Shown: positions 24,117 to 36,175 of the stretch, piece by piece
How the letters are laid out: each line of letters opens with the position of its first letter
Numbering within the stretch: position 1 is the first letter of the stretch
DNA from: Tubulanus polymorphus
Taxonomy: Eukaryota > Animalia > Nemertea
Length of the DNA: 64,000 nt
Assembly (NCBI RefSeq): GCF_964204645.1
Contig: NC_134029.1
Coordinates: forward strand, 13,790,850 to 13,854,849
Direction: 5' to 3'
Made by a program: the position numbers and the translations under genes
The notes under the pieces: generated by a model
Databases searched by the model: none
The model's input: only the letters and a program-made list of their open reading frames with translations
Told to the model about the DNA's origin: nothing

Positions 24117-26059
24117 CCTCGATTCAAATCCAAAAAACTACAGCAGCGGCAAATAACCATCGCAATATTGCAATTTACGACAAAAAACGCGTAAATTCAA
24201 TCACTGTTGTTTAACGCATGGAAAAGATAATAAAAGGTATTTTTTCCCGGCGCGCATTACAAAGCGAATATCCGCCGAGTGTGTAAGAGGGCGCTACCGC
24301 CTTATGAGTGCGCAGCAGGCGGGTAGGGCGTCCTGAAGTGAAAACTTATATTAGAATATAGCCGAATCGAATTTTCCAATGTCAGTCAACTGATTGATGA
24401 TACAACATGGTTGTTTTCGGCGTACTTAACAATGATATTTTCCTCCAATAAACAACTCTGGTAAAATTGAATAAAATGATCTATCTTTATTGGTGATATC
24501 GTATCATGGTGGTAGCCTACCATTTACCGTTTGATGTTTCGTGTCATCATGAAATGGTTTTAACTTTAGTAAAGGCGTTCCCGCACGATCATATACGGGT
24601 TTCAGTCACGAGTAGGCTGCCGTTCCACTGCTCTAGAAATACGTATTCTGACGCTGAGAATTAATCCCAAATAATCCCATGGATACTTTTAGTTGGAATA
24701 ACAGTGATATCCAAACACTGTAATATCTATAAACCGGAGGTACATAATTTTATGTTTTTCTATTCAGAAGAGGCTGTTCCCCATTCTTTACTGCCAATGT
24801 CAATGCGGCATATCGCTACGCGATTGTTTAACCCACTCTCACCAGATAATGAACGAGAAAAATGCGATCGAATAACTTTTTGGACCACTCAATCAGAAAT
24901 CTGGCGACGCTATGTTGTGGGGAATAATTGAAACATTTTTTTTAGTCATTTTCAGCTGTTTCTAATGTTTTACGTGGACGGAGTGACAATTTGAAGTTAC
25001 TATGAAAATTAGAAGAGTCGGCGCTATTTTTTCGTACTACTATTTTCGATCCATTTTACTAGCATTGGCATGACGTCATAGATGTCAACCAATGCTAAAA
25101 ATGATGAATTTAGAAAAAAGAAATGCATATTTAGAAAAAGAAATTGAATTTAGAATATAATATAGAATTACAGAAAGAAGAAATTAAATTATTATCAAAA
25201 TCATACGATTATAATGTTAATAGATTAAAAGTTATTTTTAAAGATTTGTAGATAAAACCATATTCTGAAATATCATTGAAAGATAAAATAAAATTATTAT
25301 TTAAACTAGAAGGTATCACAATTCTTTCAATTCTAACAGCTGTAACTATGGTATTTACAACAATTGGTTAAGCTATTTCAAATTTATTTAAATCTATGTT
25401 TATGTGCAAATTGTAGCTTCATCATGCGGCTAAAATCTGTTGGAAATGGAATTTTGAATATCGCGTTCATTTAAGAGAAGTCGACGAATTTGTGGCGATT
25501 TTTCAAGAAACATTTTGTTTCATAAAACGGCTAGAAGGCCGATGTACAACGTTACATTGAAGTAAAATAACTGCTCCCTGCGGTTGGCTGAGCTCCCGCT
25601 GTCAATCAATGTAAGGGCATATTCGATTGACGCAGATAAACAGGTCTTTTAATCTTCTCATTTATCTGCTCGGTTCTAGTTTCTCATTTCCTAGTCATGG
25701 GAGTCTTATATGTTTATTTTTAGTTTGATAGCCGTAGTATCGATTCCGTCTCCCCAAATCTATTTCATTATGCAAATAACCGAAGATTCAATCGATACGC
25801 TACTTCACGGAAGATTATGCGCACACAATCGAATAGGCCCAAACCTCGTGTATTGCCGCGATGATTGCTGATTAGATTTCTATGATGTTGTTCACCGAAA
25901 TCAGCAGATTTTACACATCCATGAAGTGTTCAAGGAAAACCTTAAAGATGCATCAATCAGATGGCACCTATACATTACAAAGATAACATTCTGTGCCCGG
26001 AATATTAAGATCCGTGGATCTCTTGTTTATTTATGCATTACAAAGATTTATGGTTACAT

Positions 26060-26600
26060 TAAGAACATTATGAATAAGAATGTGGAAATATTTTACAGCA
26101 AATAATTAATACTTTTAAATGGATTGATGTTTTACCGAAATCGATAGAAGGTTATAATAATTCTTATCATTCTTCTATTGGAATGAAACCTATTGATGCT
26201 AGAAAACCTGAAAATGCTGAAATTGTTTGGAATAATTTATATGGAGCATTTCTTGTAGATGATTTTGGTGAACCTTAATTTAAAGTTGGTCAAAATGTTA
26301 GAATTTCTAAGTATAAAAAGATATTTGACATAGGGTAAGATCGTAATTTTACTAGAGAAATATATAGAATAAAAAAAATAATAACAACAAAACCATATGT
26401 CTATAAAATAGAAGATTTAGATGGTGAAGAAGTTGATGGGTACTTTTATGAAGAAGAATTAAGTTTAACTACTGAAAATCTAAACCAGGAATATAAAATT
26501 GAAAAAGTACCAAAAACAAAAATTGTTAATAGAAAAAAATATTCTTTAGTAAAATGGCCAGATAAACATAATGAGTGGATATTATTGAGTAAAATTAAAG
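26060..26600 (+). pseudogene. Integrase 3' half remnant (copy B)
   Basis: Matches 53570-54118, with stops. Confidence 0.8.
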
Positions 26601-26616
26601 TAAATTAAAATTAAAT

Positions 26617-28803
26617 CTGGCGTAACAAATTGTGGAAAAACTTATTTTATTTTGAATTTATTAGAAACTGTTTATAAAAACTATTTTGATAATATAGTAT
26701 TATTATAATTATTATCATTATTATGTAGTAAGATCCTAAAACAGTTAAAGAGAATTTAGATAATTGTATTAAAATAGCAATTGATATTTATAAAGGATCA
26801 AATACATTATTTATCATAGATGATTGTGCAAATTTACATGATTCAAAAGTTAGAGAAAGTGAGTTATGTTATTTAGCTTTTTCTGGTAGACATTTTGGGA
26901 TAACAACGTGGGTTTTAAATCAAAAATATAATTCGAATTGTTAAAGATTTTAGAGAAAACATTAGATTTTTAGTATTATAAAGATGAGATGAAATCGATG
27001 AAAAATGCACTTGAGGAAAATGATATTATTCCACATGATTTACATAATGAATATATGGATAAATTGAACTAGGGGTCCAGGGACACCATGCCCACTTGGG
27101 AAGTGGTTTCAAATGCTCAAAAATCTAACGATTTCAATACATAATGCCCCCTGGTGACAATAAACAAAAACCAATGACCTTGAAACCCACCACAATCATA
27201 GAACATGTTAGCAGCTATGATTTTGTAATTGATTGTGATAACAAAACATGCCTCGTTACCAATTTAATATGGAAACACTAAGTTATTCTACTATTCAACG
27301 CCCCCTGGTGACCATATGCAAAACCCAATGACCTTAAAACTCACCACAGTCGTAGTACATGTCATGAAACACAACTTTGCAATTGATCATGGTAACGAAA
27401 TATGCCTAGGTACCAATCTAATAAGGAAATACTAAGCTATTATACCATTCAATGCCCCCCTGGTGACTATATGGAATAACTAATGTCCTTAAAAACTCAC
27501 CACAATCATAGACGATGTTATGAACTACAACTTTGCAATTTATTGTGGAAACAAAACATGCATAGGTACAAATATAATATAGAACTACTAAGTTATTATA
27601 TTATTCAACGCCCCCTGGTGGCCACATACTAAAACCAATGACCTTGGAACTCACCAATATCATAGAACGCGTTATGGGCTACAACTTTACAATTGAATAT
27701 GGTAAAAAAAATATGCCTAGGTACCAATCTAATAAGGAAATACTAAGCTATTCTACTGTTCAACGCCCCCTGGCGTCTATGTGGAATAACTAATGTCCTT
27801 AAAAACTCACCGCAATCATAGACAATGTCATGAACTGCAACTTTGCAATTATTCTACTATTCAACGCCCACTGGTGACCATATACATTAACTAATGTCCT
27901 CGAAACTCACCATAATCATGGAAGATGTCATGAGCTACAACTTTGCAATTGATTGTGGTAACAAAATATGCATAGGTACAAATATAATATAGAAATACTA
28001 AGTTATTGTATTATTCAACGCCCCTGGTGGCCACATACAAAAACCAATGAACTTGAAACTCACAAAAATCGTAGAACACGTTATGGGCTACAACTTTCCA
28101 ATTGAACATAGCAACACATTATGCTTAGGTATCAATTTAATGTGGAAAAACTTTTTCCCACCTACGAATGAGTACCGATGACACCAAGATGGCCGCCAAT
28201 TGCGTCATAATTGGCTGATCAAAAATACCTGTCTCAGGTATAAAACATCCCTTTCCAAAGAATACCCATCACAAATTGCAATGAGAAATGGCAAACCAGT
28301 AGGAAGCAACAGGACCTAGAGTTCTGGCCAAAATTGACATTTTTGGGCACTAAAAAGGTCATAGGATGGCCATCTTGAGTCAGATCGACCCAATTTTCTT
28401 ATGCTGATGGGCCCTTGGTAGATTCAAATATGAACTAAAGATCAAGGTAATTGATCAAAGCGTCTTCAAAATTTCCCTTGAAAACTTCGGAAATGTGTAA
28501 AAAGTGCTGATTTTGGCGAACATCAATGGCTGCCAGTCGGCCATCTTGAATCTGACAGGGCCAGTTTTTGGGCTGAAGATGTGTCTAGGGTAGATACATG
28601 TATGAACCAAATTTCAAGACATTACCTAGAAGCGTCTTCAAAACTTCCCAAAATAACTGGATTCCGTCTACGGACGGACGGACGACGGACGAAAAGTGAA
28701 CGCAATAGCCCACTGGGACTAAAGTCCCAAGTGGGCTAAATATAATAAAAGGTCAAAATTACCATTTTGAATACATCACCCATTTAAATATGAATTTATT
28801 TAA
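26617..28803 (+). pseudogene. Packaging ATPase remnant (copy B), split by the 27067-28740 insertion
   Basis: tctggcgtaacaaattgtggaaaaact (GVTNCGKT) through catttaaatatgaatttatttaa. Confidence 0.8.
27067..28740 (+). mobile_element. HINE-like element with a ~147-bp tandem array
   Basis: 5' gcccacttggga, about seven units containing ttcaacgccccctggtg, a (gacg)n tract, and the 3' hairpin agcccactgggac...gtcccaagtgggct. Confidence 0.8.
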
Positions 28804-29009
28804 ACTCAACTAGCTTGTTAATCTATTCTATTTTTAGTCACATTCTAGTTAAATTTTAGTTATTGGTAGTTGAAAAAAATCAAATAAAATTCAACAAGAA
28901 ATAAACAAAAACAATAATATTCCAACTAGCTTGTTAATCTAGTATATTTTTAGTTACATTCTAGTTGAATTCTAGTAGCAACAACACAAATAATTTTTTT
29001 GTTATATAA

Positions 29010-31200
29010 ATGGGAGGTGAAAAGAAAAGAAAATCTAAAAATAGTGATGTTCCAATTGAAAAAACTTTGGATGATTTGGGTATAACAGAAACAAAATTAA
29101 CACCAGACAATAATGGTGTTTTAAATGATATTACTACAAATATTATCTTTATTGCAAACATCACTTAGAAATACTAATTGCATCTGCGAAATGTAAAAGT
29201 TTTATTAGTAAAAATTCAACTTATAATGAATTAGATACAATGAAATCAGACGAAATTATGAAATTATTTAAGATTTATGAAACTGCGAGAATAGCTAGAA
29301 TATCAGAAAATGTAGTAAAAGGTTATAGTAAATTATGTAGATATATGCTACCAATTCATGATGAAAATAGATTATATTCCGGTTTAAAAAATGATTATTT
29401 AGTTATGACTGAATTAAATAAATTGATTGGATATTTATCATTTCAATTAGGTGGATCTATGACATTATTATCAAATGGAGTTATAACATTTTCAAATATT
29501 GAAAGCAAAAATTTTTCTACAATAAATGAGCGAAGTGGAAGAGGTGAAAGGATTAACTGTGAAGAAAAAACCGAGATCAGAGAACCAAATTGAATGCTCT
29601 CGGCAATTAGGAATTAAATCACTAGAATATAAAAAAGCAAAAGAAGGAAAAAAATAAATAATAAAGATGTTAATAACTAGAATGTCACTGAAGACGACTG
29701 ATGCCCCCACATCAGGTGAAACGCCTGAGAGTAAAGTACACCTTGAGGATATATTGAATTGTATATGAAGCAGCTTAAATATTCAATAGTGAACAAATAC
29801 ATCATCAGCGAAAAATAGAGTAAAGTAACTCAATAGGAATAGTCGAATAGTGAACGAATATTTGATCAGCAAAAATAGAGTAAAGTAACTCAACAGGAAT
29901 AGTTTGAATAAGGAAATACTCCCTGAGTTAATGTACAGAGCATTCGTTGTTTGACAATTCTGGAAATATGCAACCATTAAAATTATTGAAGGCATATCAT
30001 ATAGTCACTAACATTAATGCTTGCCTGTAAACTCGATCAGGACTTATATCAGTTACTCACTTCTTCGAGCTGTGACATTGAACTTTGACCTACACGACTC
30101 AAAATTGAATCAGTTAGGCCTACTTATAGTCACAAGATTAATTCATTAATTATTTTACATAGTAATCGTAAACAATCAATGAATTAGCGCCCGGAAATGA
30201 AAATTCCAAAACAACTTCTGGTGACCTTGACCTTTGACCTACAGGACCCAACATCTAATCAGTTATCTATTTGCTCTAGGACAATCCATCAATTTAATTT
30301 CATCAAGTTATCTTAAACCATTTACGAGTTATAGCCCGGAAATGAAAATAGCGAAATAGCTTCTGGTGACCTTGACCTTAGACCTACAGGACCCGATATC
30401 TAAGCAGTCACTGAAGGTCTCTAGGGTAACCCATCCATAAAATTTAAGCAAGTTATCTTAAATCGTTCATGAGTTAGAGCCCGGAAATTAGAAATAGATA
30501 ACAGCTCCTACTGACCTTGACCTTTGACCTACAGGTTCGAAAAATCTAATCAGTTACCCACGGTCACTGGAATAACCCATCCATAGAATTTCACTGAGTT
30601 ATCTCAAATCGTTTATGAGTTAGAGCCCGGAAATTAAATTTACAAAATGGCTTCCTGTGACCTTGACCTTGGGCCTACAGGACCCAAAATCTAATCAGTT
30701 ACCCACAGTCTCTAGGATAACTCGTCCATTAAATTTCACCTAGTTATCTTAAACAGCTTATGAGTTTGAGCCCGGAAATGAAATTTACAAAATGACTTCC
30801 TGTGACCTTGACCTTGGACCTACAGGATCCAAAATCTAATCAGTTCCTAACCTCATCTAGTACAACACAGTTATTAAATTTCAGGAAAATTCGTCAAAGT
30901 GTTTGGGTGCTAGGGCACGGAAACCTCTGCGGACAGACGGACGGACAGACGGACGGACGACGAAGTGAATATAGTATGCCCCCCTCAACGCGTTGTGGGG
31001 GCATAAAAATGGTGAAAATATTGTTATTTCTACTCCTTCTGATTAAAGAATATTTGATATCTATATTTTGCGGCTGGATTTGTAATTGTATTAATTTTGA
31101 TTGGATGTAGTTGGTATAAAAAATCAAATAAAATTTATGATATTCATAATTCGGAAACTACTACTGTTGAAATTCCAAAATTCACAATAAAAAAATGAAA
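29010..31200 (+). pseudogene. Remnants of the 201-aa and 122-aa genes (copy B), split by the 29675-31006 insertion
   Basis: MKSDEIMKLFKIYE... is homologous to 1114-2020. Confidence 0.75.
29675..31006 (+). mobile_element. HINE-like element with a ~146-bp tandem array
   Basis: 5' gatgccccca, units containing tgaccttgacctttgacctaca, a (gacg/gaca)n tract, and the 3' hairpin tatgccccc...gggggcata. Confidence 0.8.
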
Positions 31201-31967
31201 ATATCTAAAAATATAATTTCGTTCAATGTTAAGCCGGAACCTTCAAAATATCTTTCTTCAATAACGTTTAAATTAATTAAATATTTTTTCTAATTTACTA
31301 ATTTTTGGATATTCAACATCTGTTACAAAATCCATTATTTTGTCCATTATTTCAATAAATTTATTATAATCTTCTATAGTTGTACCTTTAAAAAATCTAA
31401 ATATAATAGCTGCAGGACCAATTTTACTACGTAATGTTTCTAAAATTTCAATTGTATCTTTTATTTCTAAAGAATCGATATAATTTCTAAATTTTTCCAT
31501 ATAAGGTTTATTTGAAATAGATTTAGTTATTTTAATAGATTTTTTTACTTTTTGAGATTTATCATCAAAATATTGTTCCTAAAATATTTTTACTTAAATT
31601 TTGTTGATATTTTTTTGATTCGAGATGTCTATCATAATTCCTTTTACTTATAAATTCATTACAAACATCGTATTTAATTTCATATTTTCTAATTGTACTT
31701 TCTTTCATTTGAATTTTCTGGAGTTTCACAATCTGTTACATTTTTCTGTGATTTGCAGTTTTTTCATGTCGAGACTTTTGTGATTTATCGATGTATTCTT
31801 AACAATATGGACAATAATATTGACTTTTATCAACATCAATTTTTTCTGTCTGGAACTCACTGTCTCCCATTTATATAGAAAAAAAAAATTACTTGTGGTG
31901 ACGAGTGGTGATGAGTGATTTGTCGACCTCTCGACCTCTAATCTGAAAACGTCATTTTGCAATTACT
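31200..31967 (-). repeat. Extended right TIR of copy B containing an inverted pPolB 5' region
   Basis: Reverse complement matches 38025-38440 plus 40675-41115 (e.g. NYIDSLEIKDTIEILETL...IGPAAIIFRFFKG). Confidence 0.8.
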
Positions 31968-33159
31968 TATATATTCTTCTATTCAAGTTTCTCGTTTTGG
32001 CAATATTTATTGTGGGATTTCTCGAGTTTATTCATCATACTCGGATATTGTGTTTTCTTCTCATCTCATAGAGGATATAACGATTTTGAAAATATTCATT
32101 TCTATTTCTGCTCCTGCCTCGGGATTCGCCTAACTCGGAAAAAATTTGACGGTCCCACGAGATCCGAGGTAAGCGAGTTTTACTGTATTTAGAGTAATGT
32201 TAGTGACACTTGATGAATTTTTACATTTTATTCATTTAGTCCGTATTGGAAATCCCGATTGTGGCAATCAATTCAATTAAAATCAATAAATTCTCCGGTT
32301 CCCGATTTAAATCATCAAAAATATTATTATAAAACCCGTTTTCAAAGTCAACAAGGTAACTAATCAATTTATTTGAGTACAAAGGTTTGGTTTGACACTG
32401 AAATTAGTTGTTGCATTGCAAAAAACAGGAGTTAACTTCTATATGAGTTTGGCGTCAGACGTTGTAGGGAACCGTAACAACGAATGGTATTCAGACTAGT
32501 AGTTGAACGTTATTCTAGTAGCCATCCGCGACTCAACGACCTTGATTGAAACTTGATCAACTCAAAATTTATTAATTGATCTGTTACGAAAATTGTACAC
32601 ATGTATTTAGCTAAATACACGTGTAATTTGAAATTACATGTGTACTTTTGACACGTATTTTGAAGTACACGTGTAAAACACGCGTATTTCTAAAATACGC
32701 GTTTAGTTTGAACCTGTATTTTGAATTACACGTGCACTGAATCACGTGCACTGAAGTTGTGAATTTAAAAATTATGTGTAAATTCAGTGAAGCTTCTGAA
32801 ATACACAATTTGGATTTGCAATCTGGATGCATGTACTAGAGTAATAGGGGTAATGGGCTTTCAGATCAAAGGTCGAACGGTCGAGCTCGTAAAAAATGAA
32901 AAACATGAAAATAATAACAATTTCTACTTGAATTACTCGCGAAACTCATAAAAAATGAAAAATAATTCTCGCACACTCGAATTTATTTTTCATTTTCTAC
33001 TCGCTAGAAAAAGTGTGAGTAAAGTGTGAGTGAAATAGTTTATATTTTAAACATATTTCAATATTTATATTTGTATGAGTTAGATTTTTAAACATTAAAA
33101 GTGTGAGTAAAGTGTGAGTGAAATAATTCATATTTAAATCAGTGAATATTTATATTTGA

Positions 33160-33807
33160 ATGAGTTTTGATAAAAATTTTGTTATAAAAATGAAGGCAGA
33201 AGAAGAACCCAACTTTAAAATCGAAATCAATGAAACCAATAAATCATTTTCACAGTTTTACATTAAAAATTATATTTCAGCAACAAATTTAGTGTCCGCA
33301 AGACATTATAAAATTGAAAATATTACTGTAATTAATCAAATATTATCAAATGAAACATATTTAATTACTGAACTAGTAGAAACTTTTGATAATGGTGTTA
33401 AAAATCCTAAAGTATTCAATACAGTTTTAAATTTTAAAGGAACTTTAGATGAAAACATAATTAATATTCTTAAAACTCCTTTCAATGAAAGAAATGATGA
33501 TATAATACTTTCAAAAGATTACAATGATTTGATTAACTTAAGAATTGAAAAAAGACAATTATATTATTTCAATTTTGATAATAAACAAATTATCTATAAT
33601 GAAAATTCATCAAATATTGGAATTCAATGTGAATTAGATAATGAAAAATCATTTAAAGATATTGCAGTTCAATGTAAATTAGATGATGAATTTAGAAAAT
33701 TCAATCCTAATGAAAAAGTGCATTGTTATTGCGGAGGTAAATATTTAAAATCACATAAATCAAAGCATTATGAAACAATTAAACATAAAAACTGGTGTAA
33801 AGAGTAA
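33160..33807 (+). CDS. Hypothetical protein, 215 aa, C-terminal CxC...H...H zinc-finger-like motif
   Basis: Open ORF in very AT-rich DNA; VHCYCGGKYLKSHKSKHYETIKH. Confidence 0.7.
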   Translation: MSFDKNFVIKMKAEEEPNFKIEINETNKSFSQFYIKNYISATNLVSARHYKIENITVINQILSNETYLITELVETFDNGVKNPKVFNTVLNFKGTLDENIINILKTPFNERNDDIILSKDYNDLINLRIEKRQLYYFNFDNKQIIYNENSSNIGIQCELDNEKSFKDIAVQCKLDDEFRKFNPNEKVHCYCGGKYLKSHKSKHYETIKHKNWCKE

Positions 33808-33860
33808 CAATTCTACATTATAATTATTGAATTGAGTTAAATGATTTAAATATCTAATAG

Positions 33861-34134
33861 ACTGTTAAAATGATAAATTGTTTGACAGTTAAAATGATAA
33901 ATTGTTTGACAGTTGAAATGATAAATTGTTTGAAAGTTGAAATGATAAATTGTTTGACAGTTGAAATGATAAATTGTTTGACAGTTGAAATGATAAGACA
34001 GCTGAAATGATAAATTGTTTGACAGTTGAAATGATAAATTGTTTGACAGTTGAAATGATAAATTGTTCGAATGTTGAAATGATAAGACAGTTGAAATGAT
34101 AAATTGTTTGACTGTTGAAATGTTAAATTGTTTG
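33861..34134. repeat. 24-bp minisatellite acagttgaaatgataaattgtttg (12 units, two shortened to 17 bp)
   Basis: Read directly; mirror array at ~35177-35474 has one extra unit. Confidence 0.92.
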
Positions 34135-34232
34135 GTTGTAAATTTAATTGTTATTTGATTTGAAACATATAAAAGTTAAATATTTCTAAAATATCAAATA
34201 TTTATCAATTTAATAATTTTTTTCTTAAATAA

Positions 34233-34451
34233 ATGGATGGTTTCATTCCAACTGGGAAAAGTGATTTGAAACATTATTTAGTTGCTGGAGGTTTAATTTT
34301 AGCTGCGCTTTACTTTTATTATGAGAATATTTCAAAAGATTTGATGAATGAAAATAATAAATTGAGTAAAAAATTAAAGAAGTTAAATGGAAACAATCAC
34401 AGAAATAAAAAGAATAAAAAAGTTAATGATTTAAATGATTTAGAGGATTAA
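34233..34451 (+). CDS. Small membrane-anchored protein, 72 aa
   Basis: aatttttttcttaaataaATG start identical in style to the Polinton genes; TM-like YLVAGGLILAALYFYY followed by a charged tail. Confidence 0.65.
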   Translation: MDGFIPTGKSDLKHYLVAGGLILAALYFYYENISKDLMNENNKLSKKLKKLNGNNHRNKKNKKVNDLNDLED

Positions 34452-34859
34452 AACAGCATCTTTTAATTTCATATATTTTGACTATAAAAATGAGTGAAAA
34501 TATATTAAACTTATTACATCTAATATATAAAAATCAACAGAATATTAAATCAATTATTATGCTTACAGGTTTATTTTCATTCTCAGTTTATACTATAAAA
34601 CAGTTGTTGGAATTCTATGATTGCTGTAAAATTAGATACACTGAATTAATAGAAAATATGAATATATAATTTATATCTTTTATTACAAATTTCACAACAC
34701 TTAATATTATTCAATCTATCTGAAATATAATTCATATTTTCTATTAATTCAGTGTTATTGATTTAATATTCTGTTAATTTTTATATATTAGATGTAATAA
34801 GTTTAATATAATTTTACTCATTTTTATAGTCAAAATATATGAAATTAAAAGATGCTGTT

Positions 34860-35078
34860 TTAATCCTCTAAATCATTTAAATCATTAACTTTTTTATTCT
34901 TTTTATTTCTGTGATTGTTTCCATTTAACTTCTTTAATTTTTTACTCAATTTATTATTTTCATTCATCAAATCTTTTGAAATATTCTCATAATAAAAGTA
35001 AAGCGCAGCTAAAATTAAACCTCCAGCAACTAAATAATGTTTCAAATCACTTTTCCCAGTTGGAATGAAACCATCCAT
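34860..35078 (-). CDS. Inverted duplicate of the 72-aa protein
   Basis: Identical translation to 34233..34451. Confidence 0.65.
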   Translation of the reverse strand: MDGFIPTGKSDLKHYLVAGGLILAALYFYYENISKDLMNENNKLSKKLKKLNGNNHRNKKNKKVNDLNDLED

Positions 35079-35527
35079 TTATTTAAGAAAAAAATTATTA
35101 AATTGATAAATATTTGATATTTTAGAAATATTTAACTTTTATATGTTTCAAATCAAATAACAATTAAATTTACAACCAAACAATTTAACATTTCAACAGT
35201 CAAACAATTTATCATTTCAACTGTCTTATCATTTCAACATTCGAACAATTTATCATTTCAACTGTCAAACAATTTATCATTTCAACTGTCAAACAATTTA
35301 TTATTTCAGCTGTCTTATCATTTCAACTGTCAAACAATTTATCATTTCAACTGTCAAACAATTTATCATTTCAACTGTCAAACAATTTATCATTTCAACT
35401 TTCAAACAATTTATCATTTCAACTGTCAAACAATTTATCATTTTAACTGTCAAACAATTTATCATTTTAACAGTCTATTAGATATTTAAATCATTTAACT
35501 CAATTCAATAATTATAATGTAGAATTG

Positions 35528-36175
35528 TTACTCTTTACACCAGTTTTTATGTTTAATTGTTTCATAATGCTTTGATTTATGTGATTTTAAATATTTACCT
35601 CCGCAATAACAATGCACTTTTTCATTAGGATTGAATTTTCTAAATTCATCATCTAATTTACATTGAACTGCAATATCTTTAAATGATTTTTCATTATCTA
35701 ATTCACATTGAATTCCAATATTTGATGAATTTTCATTATAGATAATTTGTTTATTATCAAAATTGAAATAATATAATTGTCTTTTTTCAATTCTTAAGTT
35801 AATCAAATCATTGTAATCTTTTGAAAGTATTATATCATCATTTCTTTCATTGAAAGGAGTTTTAAGAATATTAATTATGTTTTCATCTAAAGTTCCTTTA
35901 AAATTTAAAACTGTATTGAATACTTTAGGATTTTTAACACCATTATCAAAAGTTTCTACTAGTTCAGTAATTAAATATGTTTCATTTGATAATATTTGAT
36001 TAATTACAGTAATATTTTCAATTTTATAATGTCTTGCGGACACTAAATTTGTTGCTGAAATATAATTTTTAATGTAAAACTGTGAAAATGATTTATTGGT
36101 TTCATTGATTTCGATTTTAAAGTTGGGTTCTTCTTCTGCCTTCATTTTTATAACAAAATTTTTATCAAAACTCAT
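35528..36175 (-). CDS. Inverted duplicate of the 215-aa protein
   Basis: Identical translation to 33160..33807. Confidence 0.7.
   Translation of the reverse strand: MSFDKNFVIKMKAEEEPNFKIEINETNKSFSQFYIKNYISATNLVSARHYKIENITVINQILSNETYLITELVETFDNGVKNPKVFNTVLNFKGTLDENIINILKTPFNERNDDIILSKDYNDLINLRIEKRQLYYFNFDNKQIIYNENSSNIGIQCELDNEKSFKDIAVQCKLDDEFRKFNPNEKVHCYCGGKYLKSHKSKHYETIKHKNWCKE

Larger units (their letters stand above)
16904..25098 (+). mobile_element. HINE-like element hosting a LINE and a SINE
   Basis: Begins aacaagaggcccatgggcc...agcattgg; ends in the hairpin tagcattggc...ccaatgcta; Polinton sequence resumes on both sides. Confidence 0.6.
16096..25395 (+). pseudogene. Coiled-coil/membrane Polinton protein remnant, split by the 16904-25098 insertion
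   Basis: MPDYIKNAESQLNPENLD... and KLEGITILSILTAVTM match 50430-51893. Confidence 0.7.
7745..31967 (+). mobile_element. Maverick/Polinton copy B, decayed, left-truncated, with multiple nested insertions
   Basis: Gene remnants collinear with copy C from the pPolB intein to the right end ...gtcattttgcaattact (31967); pPolB 3' end and the MCP region are missing. Confidence 0.88.

Noticed and set aside
33861-34134. CRISPR-like appearance of the 24-bp repeats (also the 831-1085 array)
   Set aside because: Units are head-to-tail without unique spacers; no cas genes; eukaryotic context
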